A stretch of DNA of 60,702 bases, counting the filler, from Sluysia triapertura (taxonomy: Eukaryota), in the NCBI GenBank assembly GCA_046118255.1. It is 4 parts of 4 records of this genome, joined end to end, with 100 filler letters (N's around TTAATTAATTAA, not from the genome) between each part and the next. Parts side by side here need not be neighbours in the genome. Positions count along the whole stretch, not along the records: positions 27,748 to 39,940 come from JBJNIA010130182.1; positions 40,041 to 60,702 come from JBJNIA010012206.1; 2 more parts are not named here. One strand, written 5' to 3'. Shown in pieces: positions 38,521-52,600 of this stretch. Each line of letters begins with the position of its first letter. The stretch's first letter is position 1. The notes beneath the pieces were generated by a model. It was not told the DNA's origin. It ran no database searches and worked only from the letters and a program-made list of their open reading frames with translations. The position numbers and the translations under genes are program-made.

Positions 38521-39940
38521 CATTCGATTCATAATAATAATTTATTAAAGGTAATAAAATGATATTCAAAATGCATTAATTTATATACTAATTTTTTTAC
38601 TTGAAATTATCAAATTATAAATGAGTCAACAAATCATTTATAATTTTTTCTACCACCTTAGCGAATCGCAAGTTTTTAATACCAAGCACAACATCATTAT
38701 CACTAGCAAAAATACGGACCTACGGACACAGATGAAACCTAGGGTCTTATCAAATAATTAACTGTCCAATTAATAATTCTTTAGAAAACTTAGTAATTTA
38801 ATCTTCAACGTTATTTAATTAAATAAAGACAAAATAACAAAATAACAGTGAGGTTCGTTATTAGCACGATTTGGTACAGAACCTCAATTTACTTTAAAGA
38901 AAGTATCGGAACTATTTCGATTATGATGGGTCTATCAATTTCGTATTATATAATAAAACACCACCTGAACAAGTAAAAATGCATGAAGAAGCGAACGAAG
39001 TTGGTGATTATTTTATTATTGGTGGTCTTCAATATGCTGTTGTTTTTTTCCTTTTAACACTTAAGCAAATTATAATATACAATTAGGGTTCGCCTACGAT
39101 ATACGGTTTAAGCCTGACGCGACTAATTCGTATGTAAGTATTAAAAATGAAGCTTCAATAATTTCATATTCTTTTATCGATACTTTTATGAAGTCTGTGA
39201 CAATTAATTTTGTAACTTATCTATAAATAATTCAAATTATAACGCTGAGAGGGTCTATTAACTTAACTTAATTCATCTTACTTTCTAATCTGATAAAGCG
39301 CTTCTTTTAAATTCTACAAGATTAATGCAAAGCTTTATAATATTCTTTTATTAGTTGCGTTCAATCTTTCCTGTCTAATTTAAATATTTAAAGATCTAGA
39401 AAACACTTCTTGATGTTTTATTCAAGTCTTATATAATTATAAATCTCATTAACTTAGTATTCCTTAGTGACAATGTATAACGCTAATATTTCGGTTACTT
39501 TACTTCAACTATTTCTTTTTCGACAATTGACAAAAGATTAATGAATAATTTATTTTAAATTACATTTAATTCAGTACTAATTAAAAATTTCTTTAATTCA
39601 AATTACAAATATTTATTTAACTTTAGAAAATTCTTTTGTTTAATCTAGGAAATTATCTTGACAACAAAATATCGAAAATAAGTAAACTACGTTTATTAGG
39701 ACAAAATGTGACCTCTAGCAGAATTAATTTAACAATTATTTTGTGTCTAGCTAAAACTTGGATTTTGAATGGTTTTTTCTGCTATTAGAAAAGAAATTCT
39801 TACCACAATTAACTTACAGATGATTCGTAAAGTTGAAAAACTGCAGATTATTAAGATTATTCAATTGTTGTAGGGAACTCGTCATACGGTATCCATCATA
39901 ATTCATCACACAATATTCACTATAACTCATCTCATAAAGT

Positions 39941-40040
39941 NNNNNNNNNNNNNNNNNNNNNNNNNNNNNNNNNNNNNNNNNNNNTTAATTAATTAANNNN
40001 NNNNNNNNNNNNNNNNNNNNNNNNNNNNNNNNNNNNNNNN
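39941..40040. other. Assembly gap with TTAATTAATTAA linker
   Basis: Same 100-nt structure. Confidence 0.97.
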
Positions 40041-40559
40041 TGTGTGTGTGTGTAAATTATAAATTTCATGTAAATTTCAGTAAATTCCAATTATGTAATT
40101 AATTTTAATTCAAATAAATTATTATATTATTTTTTTTCTATTATTATTATTTTATTTTATTTATCATTTTTATTATTTTATTAAACTAAACTATTATTTT
40201 AAAATTATTATTATCTGTTTTTACAAATAAGTACAAAGAAAATGATTCACTTAATAGTTTAATATAATGATTCATTAAAAGTTCATCAGCTTACAATTGT
40301 TGTTGACTATAAATAGTAGATTAAAAATTCATTAACTCAGAACAAAAAACACAAATTTGCAAATTATTAATAACAAGTCTTTGCTACTGTGATATTCTTA
40401 AATAGATTATTCGAAAAAATTATATTAAATTAATCAAAAGAAAAAATTTATCGAAAATTTTCTAGACGATTATTCTGATCAAAAATTTTGCTTATAATCA
40501 TTAGTGTAAATTTTATTAGCAAGACTATTTTAACTAAAGTTTTAACACTTCTACTTAAA

Positions 40560-41545
40560 TTATTAATTATTTAATAGCATTACGTATAAAAAAGTGGATT
40601 TTAAAATACACATATATAGAGTCTATATCAATTTCTTTGATAATACTTAAAATTATTATATCTAATTACATTTAGTTTTGTTTTATTAATTTTTTTTTGT
40701 TTATTATAACACGACGTGTGTATGTTAATTTTGATTTTATAGTAATAAAATTTAGTAAGTTTTTGAAGGTTTATTTAGAATTGTTTGGTCATAAAATAAT
40801 ATATAATCTTGACGTACTACACCAATTTACATAGTTTCAAAATAAATACAAAATTCCAGAACATAATAATTATGCCAAACATATAATTTAAATTTCTAAT
40901 AATTTCAGATCCTTTTTAAACATTATGATCATATGTAAAATACTTTATCTAACCTCGCTATAAAAAGCGAAAATGGAATATCAACAATATTAGCAGTTCA
41001 AAAACATCCAAAAGTACATTATCATTCGTTATAGCGCCAATTCCTAATAGACCTCCACGCTTCCAATTATTTCGTTGACACTTACGAATGTTATGTTTCA
41101 ATTTAAACCGTTACTGATCTCTGTTCTAAGAAAGAGAATTTCTCTAACGAAAGGCATTCGATACTAAATACTTTCAATTGGAAATGTGGACCGCTATTTC
41201 CACATTATTCCTGAAACTTGATATGAACATTAATGCTACAACTATAATCTTAGACCGAAATTTACAAACATACAAACATGTCAATCGCTTTTAGTGATAC
41301 TAAGTAGGATGAAAAGGGTATAGTTGAAATAGTAGAAACTACAATATTTTTTGTATTTAATTTTTATAATCAAAGGAACCATTGAAGCAATTGACAATGA
41401 CTAAAACCAATATAAATAAAGAAGTGGTCAATTTGTCGCTTTTGCGAGAATAAACTACAATAACTAATAAGTTTCCTAGACTTCCCACTATAGATATAGT
41501 TGTTAGCATAATGAACATAATTTGTAAAGGGTCTGAGTTTGACAT
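40560..41545 (-). pseudogene. Rhodopsin-like (class A) peptide-type GPCR pseudogene
   Basis: TM1 IVGSLGNLLVIVVY and TM2 TTSLFILVL. After a frameshift, TM3 TIPFSSYLVSLKAIDMFVCL (DRY degenerated to DMF), TM4 start RSKIIVVAL and TM7 NPLFY at 40583-40600. Multiple stops and deletions. Confidence 0.7.
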
Positions 41546-42555
41546 TGTAGCAGGAAACTACAATTAAAGTTATTTTAATTTTAAATATTTAATTTCAAAA
41601 ATAAATTGAAATCTTGACATATCTTTAAGTCTTGATAAATTTAATCTTTAATTACCATTTCGAAATAAGTTATAAATATTATGTCACATGAGAAGCCGTA
41701 AGATAATCTTAAATCATTCTTTACGTGTTTAAATGCTCATTTTGTAGACGATTAATTCAAAACGATTTTTGGTATTGCGTATCTGAATTTAAATGTAATC
41801 AGCATAACGTAAACGTTTCTGAAAGACAGTAACCAACTAACTTGTTTATATTTCCTTAAATTAAATTACTTTAAAATATTAGGCACTCAGTTAATAATCT
41901 CTGTAAATACAAAGGATAATGCAAAATGAAAAACGTTACCTCTTTTATGTTAAAGATAAATGCACATGAAGGATTTTAAAAATAAAATAATTGATTGTTG
42001 ATTTTTTGAATTAATTAGATTATGGATGAAAATTTAAAAATATTTAATTGAGTAGAAACGTAAAATTTCCAATGATCGGTTACGATAATGATATTGTAAT
42101 GGATGTTAATATTTTCCTTTTTCTTTTATTTATTTTATTATTATTTGCACATTTTATTAATATTTTATTAAACTATCGATTAATGATAATATATTAATTC
42201 ATGATGTGCTCATATTTACTGCGTAAGTACTCAAAAGCGCTTAAGGTAAGTCATTCAACATAATATTTCTGAAACAGAAAGAACTTTGCCTTTTCTTAAA
42301 TATTTCGTAATCTTCCAGTGACTTGACTTTTGAAACATAAACGGTATACACCTAGCTTGTTATCACTGTAGATTCTGTATAGTTTATTATGTCTCAATGA
42401 AATATTCATCTTGGTTTCCAATTTTATTATTATTATTTTTATTATTTAATGTAATATTTTTAATAATTTCCATAAAATAAGAATAAAGAATTTAATAAAT
42501 AATTTTTATAATTTCGAAAGCAAATAAGTAATGAAAGCAAAATAGTACTTTAAAG

Positions 42556-42620
42556 CAAAGGTGTGCAAACTAGGGAATGAGCCCCCGTATGGGACTCATG
42601 ATAATTTGGAGACACTAAGA
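42556..42620. mobile_element. Probable hAT left end
   Basis: ctttaaag|CAAAGGTGTGCAAACTAGGG followed by a GC-rich gagcccc..gggactc hairpin; matching right end not found. Confidence 0.4.
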
Positions 42621-43214
42621 ATTTTCAAATTCTTACATTTTACAAACAAAGTTTTGTTTCTCCTTTGAATATTTTTTGTTGTTTTTACCAATTCAAGTAA
42701 TTCCATCATCTAATTCTATAATGAGTTCTTGAAGTAGAAAAATCATCAAGAATAAAATTATAAAGAAAATTATGTAAAAAGAGCATGATTTATGCGTTTT
42801 GTATAATTTTATTATTATTATTCTTGTTTATTTTATTATTTGTATTATTATCATCTGAATTATTATTGTTAATTAATATCATTAACATTTAATTATTAAT
42901 TTTATTTCATATTCTGTCACCAGTCGACAGTTTAATTAAATTTATTTCGGCCTATTTTGATAACTGTCGACTGTTGACAGTGCTGAGTGTACAATATCAT
43001 TTTGCTTGTCACCATTTCTCAGTTGTCATTCCTGTTTAGCTGCATGGTGACAGACATACATTTGAACAGCGTAAACATTGATTGATATCAACTCAGTTAA
43101 TTCGATTGGACGTCTAATCAATTCTATTTTCGCATTTTAATATTAGTTACTATCATTGGACGCCCAATCATAATTGATATCACAATATTAGATTAATAAT
43201 CAAATATTAAGAGT

Positions 43215-43360
43215 ATTCGGTTTATCGAAACATTTATCAAAACATTTGATCCATTAAACAGAAAAATTTAGTTATCAAAACATTTGGTTCAGCAAAAATT
43301 GGTTTATCAAATCATTTAGTTAATCAAAAACAATAGTATATGAAAACATTTAGTTTATTA
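43215..43360. repeat. Degenerate minisatellite, ~17-18-bp unit (catttggtttatcaaaa-like)
   Basis: About 7-8 imperfect copies visible. Confidence 0.7.
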
Positions 43361-43455
43361 TAAAAGAATTTGTATACAATTTAAAAAGTCGAAGTCTTGT
43401 ATTATTATCTTTCCTTTTAATATAAATATAAATCATAATACACAGATAAACTTTA

Positions 43456-44340
43456 ATGAGTCAAATATATTTATGCTCAGTCGTAAATATACGACTTATT
43501 ATTGACACTAAATTTAAGAAATACAATAACTTATTAAAGAATATAAAGCAATATCATAATGAAGTTGAACGTAAACATGTAAAAGTTCGTAATGTGTCCT
43601 GTTATGAAATTTTAATTTGTTGCTCATGTAATAAAAATAAACAATTTATAGAGATAGCTAAATGGAACAAACTTTTTATTATTTATTTAACTTAGTAAAA
43701 ATTGAAAATCTATTTCCGCATGACAATGACTTGAAATATATGTCCCCTACCATCTTAAACATAATTGAATTTCATAATAAACTACAGTATTTTTTGTTCT
43801 CAAAGTCAGATGAAGTAAGATATCTTTCACTCCATAAATGTCGTATTAGTAATGCTAATGAATTATTAGTTATACCTTCTGAATCCAATTACTTAAAGAG
43901 TAAAATATGTCCACTTGATAAAAAATATGATTTAACGATTACATCAGTCCTATTTCTTAGACGTAGTCATAACAATTTTGAATGAATTAGATCTATTAAC
44001 AACTCCTGCATGCATGATGAATAAGAACTTTAAAGAACTAACTCACACTATCATTCAAACTTGTCAAAACAAGTATTATATTCTTAGTTAGAAAATTCTT
44101 GAACTTCAAAAGTCAATTTTACACTGTTCCTATTTATCTTCTACAATTACAAGATTCCGAAAATGCAACCTATTAACCTCATTACGTTCAAGTTATTGTT
44201 GTAACAAACTCAAACACGACGGTTTTCAAGATCCTACCAAGCTCGAAGTCAGGAAACTTTCACTTAAAGTAATTCTAAAATTCTACATTAGTGATCATAA
44301 TTTTTACAGTCATATTTTTTCCTTTAGGATTCTACAATAC
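43456..44340 (+). pseudogene. Coding-like relic with a Cys-rich segment, unidentified
   Basis: Overlapping frameshifted ORFs 43456-43695 and 43662-43985 (SCYEILICCSC); coding-like sequence continues past in-frame stops. Confidence 0.25.
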
Positions 44341-45637
44341 ATGAAAATATAGACAACGTAGGATTAGACTCCAAATATTTGTTATTACTTGTGAAATAAT
44401 TAAGATCATGCATAATATTAATAAAACATCATGTTTTTGTTTAAATTATCTTTTGGATAGTTTGTTTTCTAAAATTCAAAATTAAATTTATTAACTTCAT
44501 ATCGTAATAAGTTATGATATTAATGTGTCGAATTACAATTTATGCACGTCTGGTTTGAACAAACATCTTAATAATTCGATTTATGACTCGTATAATGTTA
44601 AAAGTATGATTGATAGTGTTTTTATTATTTATCTTTGTTATCGTGTTATGTTTTAATTATTAAATTAATTTGCAGGTTGAATTTTAATAAAGCGTTAACC
44701 AGGCCCTAAGGTGGCTTTTAATTCGTTTCTAAACATTAAACTTAAAATATAACAAATAGAACTAAATATAAAAAGATTGGAAATAAGATTAAATAAAAGA
44801 GTAGTGAATCATTAATTAATAATAAGCTAGTTAGGAAATAAAATGTTGACAAAGAAATCTTTTATTATTTACTTAAAAGATAAAAATAAATGTTTGCAAT
44901 GTTAAACACATTGTTAGGAGGAAACACGTTAATCCCTTATAGCATCCTCAAAAATAGTCAATAACTTCATAAAGTAATATCATATGAAAATATTCCTTTA
45001 CATATAATTTATCCATAAACAGAATATAATATATTAAATTTGAAATATTGATGTTTTTAATCAGTTTTTAATCAGTTTTTAATTATACAGATTAAAGAAT
45101 TATTATTTTTATTAATTTAGCATTATTCTAAGTTTAAGTTGAAGTAAAGTATTAGCAATACAGCTATAAAATCGGATAAGTAATAGAAAATTGAATTAAA
45201 GAGGCGGTTAAAATCAATATGCTATATGATGAAAATTAAACAATACTTGGCGTTTATGATAAAAAAAAACTGTATATAAACATAATTTTGTAAAAAAAAC
45301 CATTACTAGAATCCATTTCATTTGAATTTAATTCGATATATTCGTCGACATTTTAACGGTTTCAATTTGATTTGGATTTGTAAGATCATTTACCATTTTG
45401 TCGAATGGGTTAAGTGTAACGATTGAGAAATTAAAATTAAATCATCGTAATTTTTTTCAATTTCGAATTAACAATAATAAAATACAAATATGAAAGTAGT
45501 GATAATCGGAAGATAACATTAATTTGATGATAAAAAATATAGTAATCGAATAATAAGAGATAATAAAAAATATCAGCAATGCAATAACAGTGACACAATA
45601 ACAATTTTAAAAATAATATTAAATTTCTATTTATAGC

Positions 45638-47293
45638 TGTAAAGTAAAAAAGTAATTATCTGAAACATAAAGTGAAACCAATAAGTCATATGCATTATAT
45701 CAGAATCCTTTTACACATGAATTGTCTTCAAATACTGGCAAATACCGGGATAATTGCTTACGTGTTTGTTGCCGAAAATGTCTTGAATATATTATGCAAA
45801 TTGCTTATTCTGTTGTTCGATAACAATTTAATTGTAAAGGTATTTTAAATTAAATAGATATTATCTGAAGATTGTAAAATGTATGAGAAACGATCATTTA
45901 AATTCATAAAAAGTATATTGATACTTCAGAAGTTAAATTAAATTAATATAGGCGTTGTATTAAATGTCGAAAGATACACGAAACGGGTAAAAACAAAAGA
46001 GGAAGAATAAGTGGAATTAATAGAATAGAATTAAAAATTCTATTCTAAACATTTTAAAACCACATAAACTTTCAAAATATACAATATACACTTTAAAATT
46101 TATTTAAAACATTTTTTATATAATTCTAATTCAATAGAACTAAAATCATATTCTTTTAACACCACGCAACAACCTTGTAAAATTCGTCACAACCGTTTTT
46201 ATATCTTATTTCTTTTCAGATCCACCAAAATAAACTCCTACTTTTCAAAACACTTCAAATTTACAATCTCTTAACTTACAATACCATCAATTTACATTAA
46301 GTGATTCATCAAAAATATTTTATTCGACATCTCGTAACAATCCAACCACAACCACATTCGAAATCAACTAGCAGATACCTTCAAATCAATTCAGATATTC
46401 TAAACTCATGATCTGTTATCAATTAATCTCTAACATCGCAAAAAGACAAGACCACTTAAATATAGCAAGAAAATAAATCATATTTTCAACACAGCACAAT
46501 CACCTTTTGAACATACTACAAGCTAGACTACAACTTATCTTCTTTTCATTCACTAAACTATGCATTTCAAGTCACACCTCCAAATAGCTAAAAGATCGGT
46601 AACAATACTGATAATAGCAATTATGAATTATAATTTAGGTTATAATAAATTAAGATTGTGAAAAGATTTTTTGGATGTGCATATGATGCTTGATTAAATG
46701 TTATGAAGATGTTTGAAAGCATGTTTTTGTTTGTGAATATTGTGCACAGAATCCGACTCTAATCCCTTTGAGCGCTATGGCACTACTTGACAAAGATAAT
46801 TTTGAATTCAAGTCTACAGTCAATACAAGACATTACCAATCAGTGTCACAAGATTATGTTGTAACAAAGAGTGAAAAGTATAACAAAGAGCTTCCTTACA
46901 ATTTTTACCATAAATCAAGCAAATGTATTACACAATCAGCGAACAATTCTACTATTCAAATGAATCTATATTATAATACTATCAAAAGTATTCAAAATTC
47001 AGATCTATTTACTGGTTTATTCTTATGTCCTTATGGAAGCGATTTAAACAGTACATGTCTGAGATATCCAAACAGTTGTATGCATGCCCACATTAATGAT
47101 CTACATTTTCAAGACCACAACTCGAACCATCGTTTCCGACTAACAAGTTTATCACAATCTGTCAACTCACGTGATCATTCTAATATTGCCAGCCTTGGTG
47201 ATTTTGTAAAGTAAATTTTATTTATTTTTATTTTATTAACAACTTATCTATTAGTTTTATTTTAGAAAGGGAAATAGGAACGAAGGACTATAA
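45638..47293 (+). pseudogene. Decayed multi-exon zinc-finger gene (RING-like plus CCCH-like finger)
   Basis: ORF 46768-47214 contains C-x9-C-x6-C-x3-H (47026-47091). In frame upstream is CI*C...*KHVFVCEYCA, RING-HC-like, with two TGA. Phase-consistent 55-nt intron 47211-47265 leads to the last exon KGNRNEGL*. Further stop-containing exon-like blocks lie at ~45640-45840 and ~46220-46600. Confidence 0.45.
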
Positions 47294-49639
47294 AGAAGAT
47301 ACTAGAAATTCAATGAACAATTTAGAAATAAAAATTTTTATACCAAATAAAATTTTTTGTGTGCAAAGTTTCAATATGTTCAATATAAAATTCTCCAATC
47401 TAATTTAAAATTTTTACGAAAAAATAGAATTTTTTAAAATACTAATAAAAACATCATCGAGAATGTTGTGGTAAATACGATATTAAATTTAAATATTATT
47501 AATAACACAGAACTACAACATTAATATTCGAATATGCATCAGATAATAGCTCTGTCTTATAGTTAACTTTGTATATTTCAAACTCTAAGATTATTTGGGT
47601 AATGTAAATCAAGATCCAATATCTAAATCTTTATGGATATAAACTTCTCTAATTACACTCTATATCAATATATTGATTATAATTTATCTGAAGATATGAT
47701 TTATTATCAATGTTAAATTCTTTTACAAGTGATGTATTATATTTATCTTATCTGGAAGTGTGGATTCAATTACTCGTTCCAATTATTTGGGATGGAAGTG
47801 CTTAACAAAATTTCTATTATTCTATTTAATATTCTATTTAAAATTCTATTTAATATTATTCAAAGAGATTTTATTTTATTTTACAAAACTAAATTTATCT
47901 GCTAGATTTTTTCTTGCTTTCTCAACCTAACAATTATAATTTTTTATCCACAGAAGATAACTACGAAATTACTTAATATTAAATTAGATTTATTTAATTC
48001 TCCGTCTTGAGTAATCAGTCTATTTATTAAATTATATGTAATTCTAAATATACCTTTAATCGTATCGAAATTCATATAATTCTATCATAACTAACTAATT
48101 AACAACAATTTAATTTTAAAAAATCGAGCAAAAAACAATTTTACTTTATTTTCTATTTTTCTAACAATTAACGAACTAACAATAAAGACAAGGAATTTAT
48201 TAGAAAAGCTATGGTTCTTTACAATAAACAAATATAATAATAATAAATTAAACGAGAAATGATTTCTGTTTATTAATACTTAATACTTGGGTTATAAAGG
48301 TTAAATAATTTTAAGTTTGATTTTTAAGCTAAATTTATTAGAACTTACTAAATTTTGACGACAAATAATCTCAAATTCTTTTCCAAAATTTGAGGATCGA
48401 TTCACTTAATTAATATAATCTGGTTCCCCAAAAAACAATACCGATAAATTGTATTCCAAAATCCAAATTCGTCCAAAAAACTGATTTATAAAAATACCAC
48501 AATAATAGTTTTACTTCCAGAACAAATATTTATAAAAATTTCTCCGTCATTAATTATAAAAGTTTAGACGTTAAACATTAAATATTTTTATTTTTTCTTT
48601 GTGCCATAAAATGTTTTTATTTTCTTTATGTCGTCCGAATTCAATAATTAGATCATAAAATTATTTTTAATAATATTTTTATTATTTTTCTAAGTAATTA
48701 AAACTAAATAATTTTTTGTATAATGATGATAATAATATAATTTATAATTTTTTGAGATATTTACAAATTCGAATTTAATTTAATTTAATAATACTAATAT
48801 TTACAATTTTGCAATTTTAATATTTACCAATTTTTTAAATACAAGTTTAATTAATTTACTAACATCAATATACAGATTTCAATATTTCAATTTTAATATT
48901 TACATATTCGATTTGCTTTATAAAAAAATTTTAATTCAACTTTAAATTCTTCGATATACTTTATAAGAATCTTTAAAACGTTTTCTTCTATAAACTAAAT
49001 TTAACTTTATAATATTTATCTATTTTAATTTCCTTTAACGACTCTATTTTCAATCCCTTCTCCTTCTCTACTCAAAGAGCACAAAAAAGAACTATAACAA
49101 TTATTTATTAAATTGGTGAACAAAAAAATGAAATTTATATAATTTATTTCATAAAAATTCATGTTATTAATATTTATAAATTAATTTTACTTTAAACTGG
49201 AAATGAATCTTACCCTAACTTGTAAACAATGTGAATCATCCTCGTTTATCAATAGATTCCACGTCTTCAAAATTATCCACTATTTATATGACTCCGAAGA
49301 TCATTTCAGAATTAGATGAGTCTCAATATGTTCAAAATTACTGATGATGTATCTTGAGTGGTTTCATAATTATCGACGATATTTATATTTATTTTTACTA
49401 TCCAACATAATTAATTCACTATTATTATAAAATTAACATAGAATTAATTAAATTATCACTATTATATACCATTTATTAATAATTCGTAAAATATTTACAT
49501 TCAATTCGACAATTATTATATGCACAATCTAGTCGTCACACTTTACGAGTCCAATTTTTTTCGGGACTAAAATAAAAATAATAAAGTAAATTTTTTTAAC
49601 ACCAAAAAATCAAAATATTGCATGTTAGAACATACTCTT

Positions 49640-52600
49640 GTTGAGACTGTTTTTTGCATTAAGAAAAAATTTACTATTTTATCGTGTAATAATATCAATA
49701 AAATAAAAGAATTATTTAAAATTAGACTTCTCATATTTAAAGAATACTTTACTATAACTTTGCAATTTTTCGCAATCCATTGGCATATCGCCTCCTCCTT
49801 TTGAAGAACAATGATCTAATCAATTCAATGCAATGTTTATACATAGATTTTGTACACAATCCAGTTAATTCAATATAATATGTTAATACACAGAAATTAG
49901 AATAAATTTTATACACAATATTTTCCATATGTAAAATTACTTAGAATTATTATATGCAAAATGAGTATATTATTTCCAGTCATAATAATTTTAATTTTGT
50001 ATAATTTCTATTTAATTATAATTTAAAATGATTTTACTTGATTATAATGTTACTAAATTTTGATTACATAACTTTTGTCTATTAATTTTAATCAAGAATA
50101 ATGTTGTTAATTTTTGATTTCATAGTAATGCTACTTAATTTCAATTTAATATAACTTTATCTTACATAATAAAATATTCTAAATCGTATTTTTAAAATAA
50201 TTTTAATCGGATTTTATGATCTTAAAGTTTGATTTCATATTAATGTTATTAATTATTAATTTAAAATGATCTTCTTAATCATAATACTACGGTTTGATAT
50301 TAATAAATTTTAATTTCATATTATCTCTATTGAATCTCACTTTAAAATGATTATTTATACAATTTTAGTTTAAAATTATTTTTAATCTATACTAATTCTA
50401 TGTAATCTCATTTTAAAAACATTATAATCTCAGTGATAATGATTTTAATTTTATTCTGAAAATAAATAATTTTAAATTTATGAAAGTTAATTTAAAAGTA
50501 GAAATCTAAAAATGAAAATTTGATTAAAATGAATAGGAATTTGAAAATTTAATTTAAAGTTAAAATTAATAATAATAATAATGTAATAAAACATAGTAAT
50601 TTATTCTTAAAATTGTACAAATATAATCGCTTTAATATTATACTTTTAAAAATTTATATTAATTGCTTTATTAATTGTTTCTTATTTTCTTTATCAAAAA
50701 CTTTACTATCACATACATTATGAAAAACTTCATTATTGTGCATAAGGCACCTAACCGATTCATTACAAATTTTGTACATTAGATCGTTAAGATAAAAATA
50801 ATAAAGACCAATTTTGATTTTATTAGAAGTAAACAAATAAACAATATTCACAACAATATTCATACATCACATTTGAATCAGAACAAATTAAAGATTCTTT
50901 CAATGTCAACTTCGAATTTTTGATTTTAGCTCGTTTAATGTGTTGGAATTTTATATTAAAAATTCTAAATATGTTAAAACTAACTTGCAATTTTCAAATA
51001 GATGTGGATTCAACTTGACATTAACCATTCGATCACGAAGTCTTGAAGAAATTAAATTATAACATTTACTATCAAATGCAATATCGTGCATGTGCTTATG
51101 AAGACATTTAAATGATTGTGATTCTTTGAAATCACTGCAGAAATTAACAATCATTTGACTACATGTGCGACGAAGATCTAAATCAAATCGATTATCTAAA
51201 GCTGCCAATATAGATTTATCATATAGATATGATTCGCAAGAATTTGATAGACTAAGATGATATTCGATCAAACATGATTGAATATTTTGTGAATGAATCT
51301 GAAGAAATAATCAAAATGAAATATTTTAAATTTAAATAGACATTATTATTAGACATTAAATAGACATTAGTATTAATTTCAATAACGATATTACATTATT
51401 CCATATAAGGTTTACTATTATTAGTAAATAATTTTATATTCCGAAAGACCAGATTCTAAATTTTTTAGTTCTAATGAATATTAAAATATAAATATTTCAT
51501 ATCCAATCCTTATGTTTTAGAAAACGTTTCACAAGGACTGATAGACGAAACAAATGTGATTTAGAAAATCTAAAAAACAACCTGAATAGTTATTGCATTA
51601 TTATTCTCGATAAAATATTATTGCATTATTATTCTCGATAAAATATTATTGAATTATTATTCTATCACAAAATATCTAATCCGAGAATCAAACACTTTGG
51701 AAAACAAAGGTAAAAAGTAAATGAATCATATGCTTACTTTTACAAGCTACATATTTATCAAAAACCACAGGAAATTACATAACCACTTTTGCAAAGAGTT
51801 AAATATGTTCTCCTAAATAACTATACAGACTTAGTGATTCTTTACTCATTATAATCATTAAAATTATTTCTATAAGAACATTAATCAAATTAAAAAATAG
51901 AAAAAAATCAAGCAACAATCAACGCAACCTGATACACTTTTGATTAATTCAAAACAATATAGACGGATTTCAAAATAAAAAAAATTTTAGACATGACAAA
52001 ACCCATACAAAACGAAACGCTTTCAAAAGTAATTCAAGTAGTCATACATTAAACAAAAAATATTACAAAGTAATAACTATAATAAATATTAAAAGATATA
52101 GAAAATACTGAAAAATATTAAAAAATGCAACACTATATACAAACAGGTCAACATTTAAAAAATTTGTAAATCGCATATATGACGATAGATCATATTGCAC
52201 AAAAATAACACTAACACAATGGATTAGTTATCTTCAGTGATTAGTTATCTCTGTAGACAAAGCCATGCATTTCCATAAAACATAACTGAAAGAATTATAA
52301 CAATAAAATTATAACTTTAAGTGCATAATATAATGGTCACTTCATGTTGCAAGATTTAGGTAATTAAAAAGACGAAAAAAATAATCAGGTTGAAAATATG
52401 AAACAACAATTACTAATTCCGAAAAATATTAAAACTCAATAAATATTAACAAAAGAAAATGGTACTCAGGCAACTTAAAAAATATACAAAAGTATGAAAA
52501 AACATTATTTTCTGTGTAATCATTTTTCAAACGACTTAACAAAAATCTTCCAAAATCCAAAAATAAAGTTAAAATCACCTATAAATGCGCATAAAATGAA

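Noticed and set aside
37850-47293. Stop-codon reassignment as an explanation for the many in-frame stops
   Set aside because: The 1801-codon gene and the clean GLG1 and USP exons have no internal stops, and the relics show all three stop types plus frameshifts
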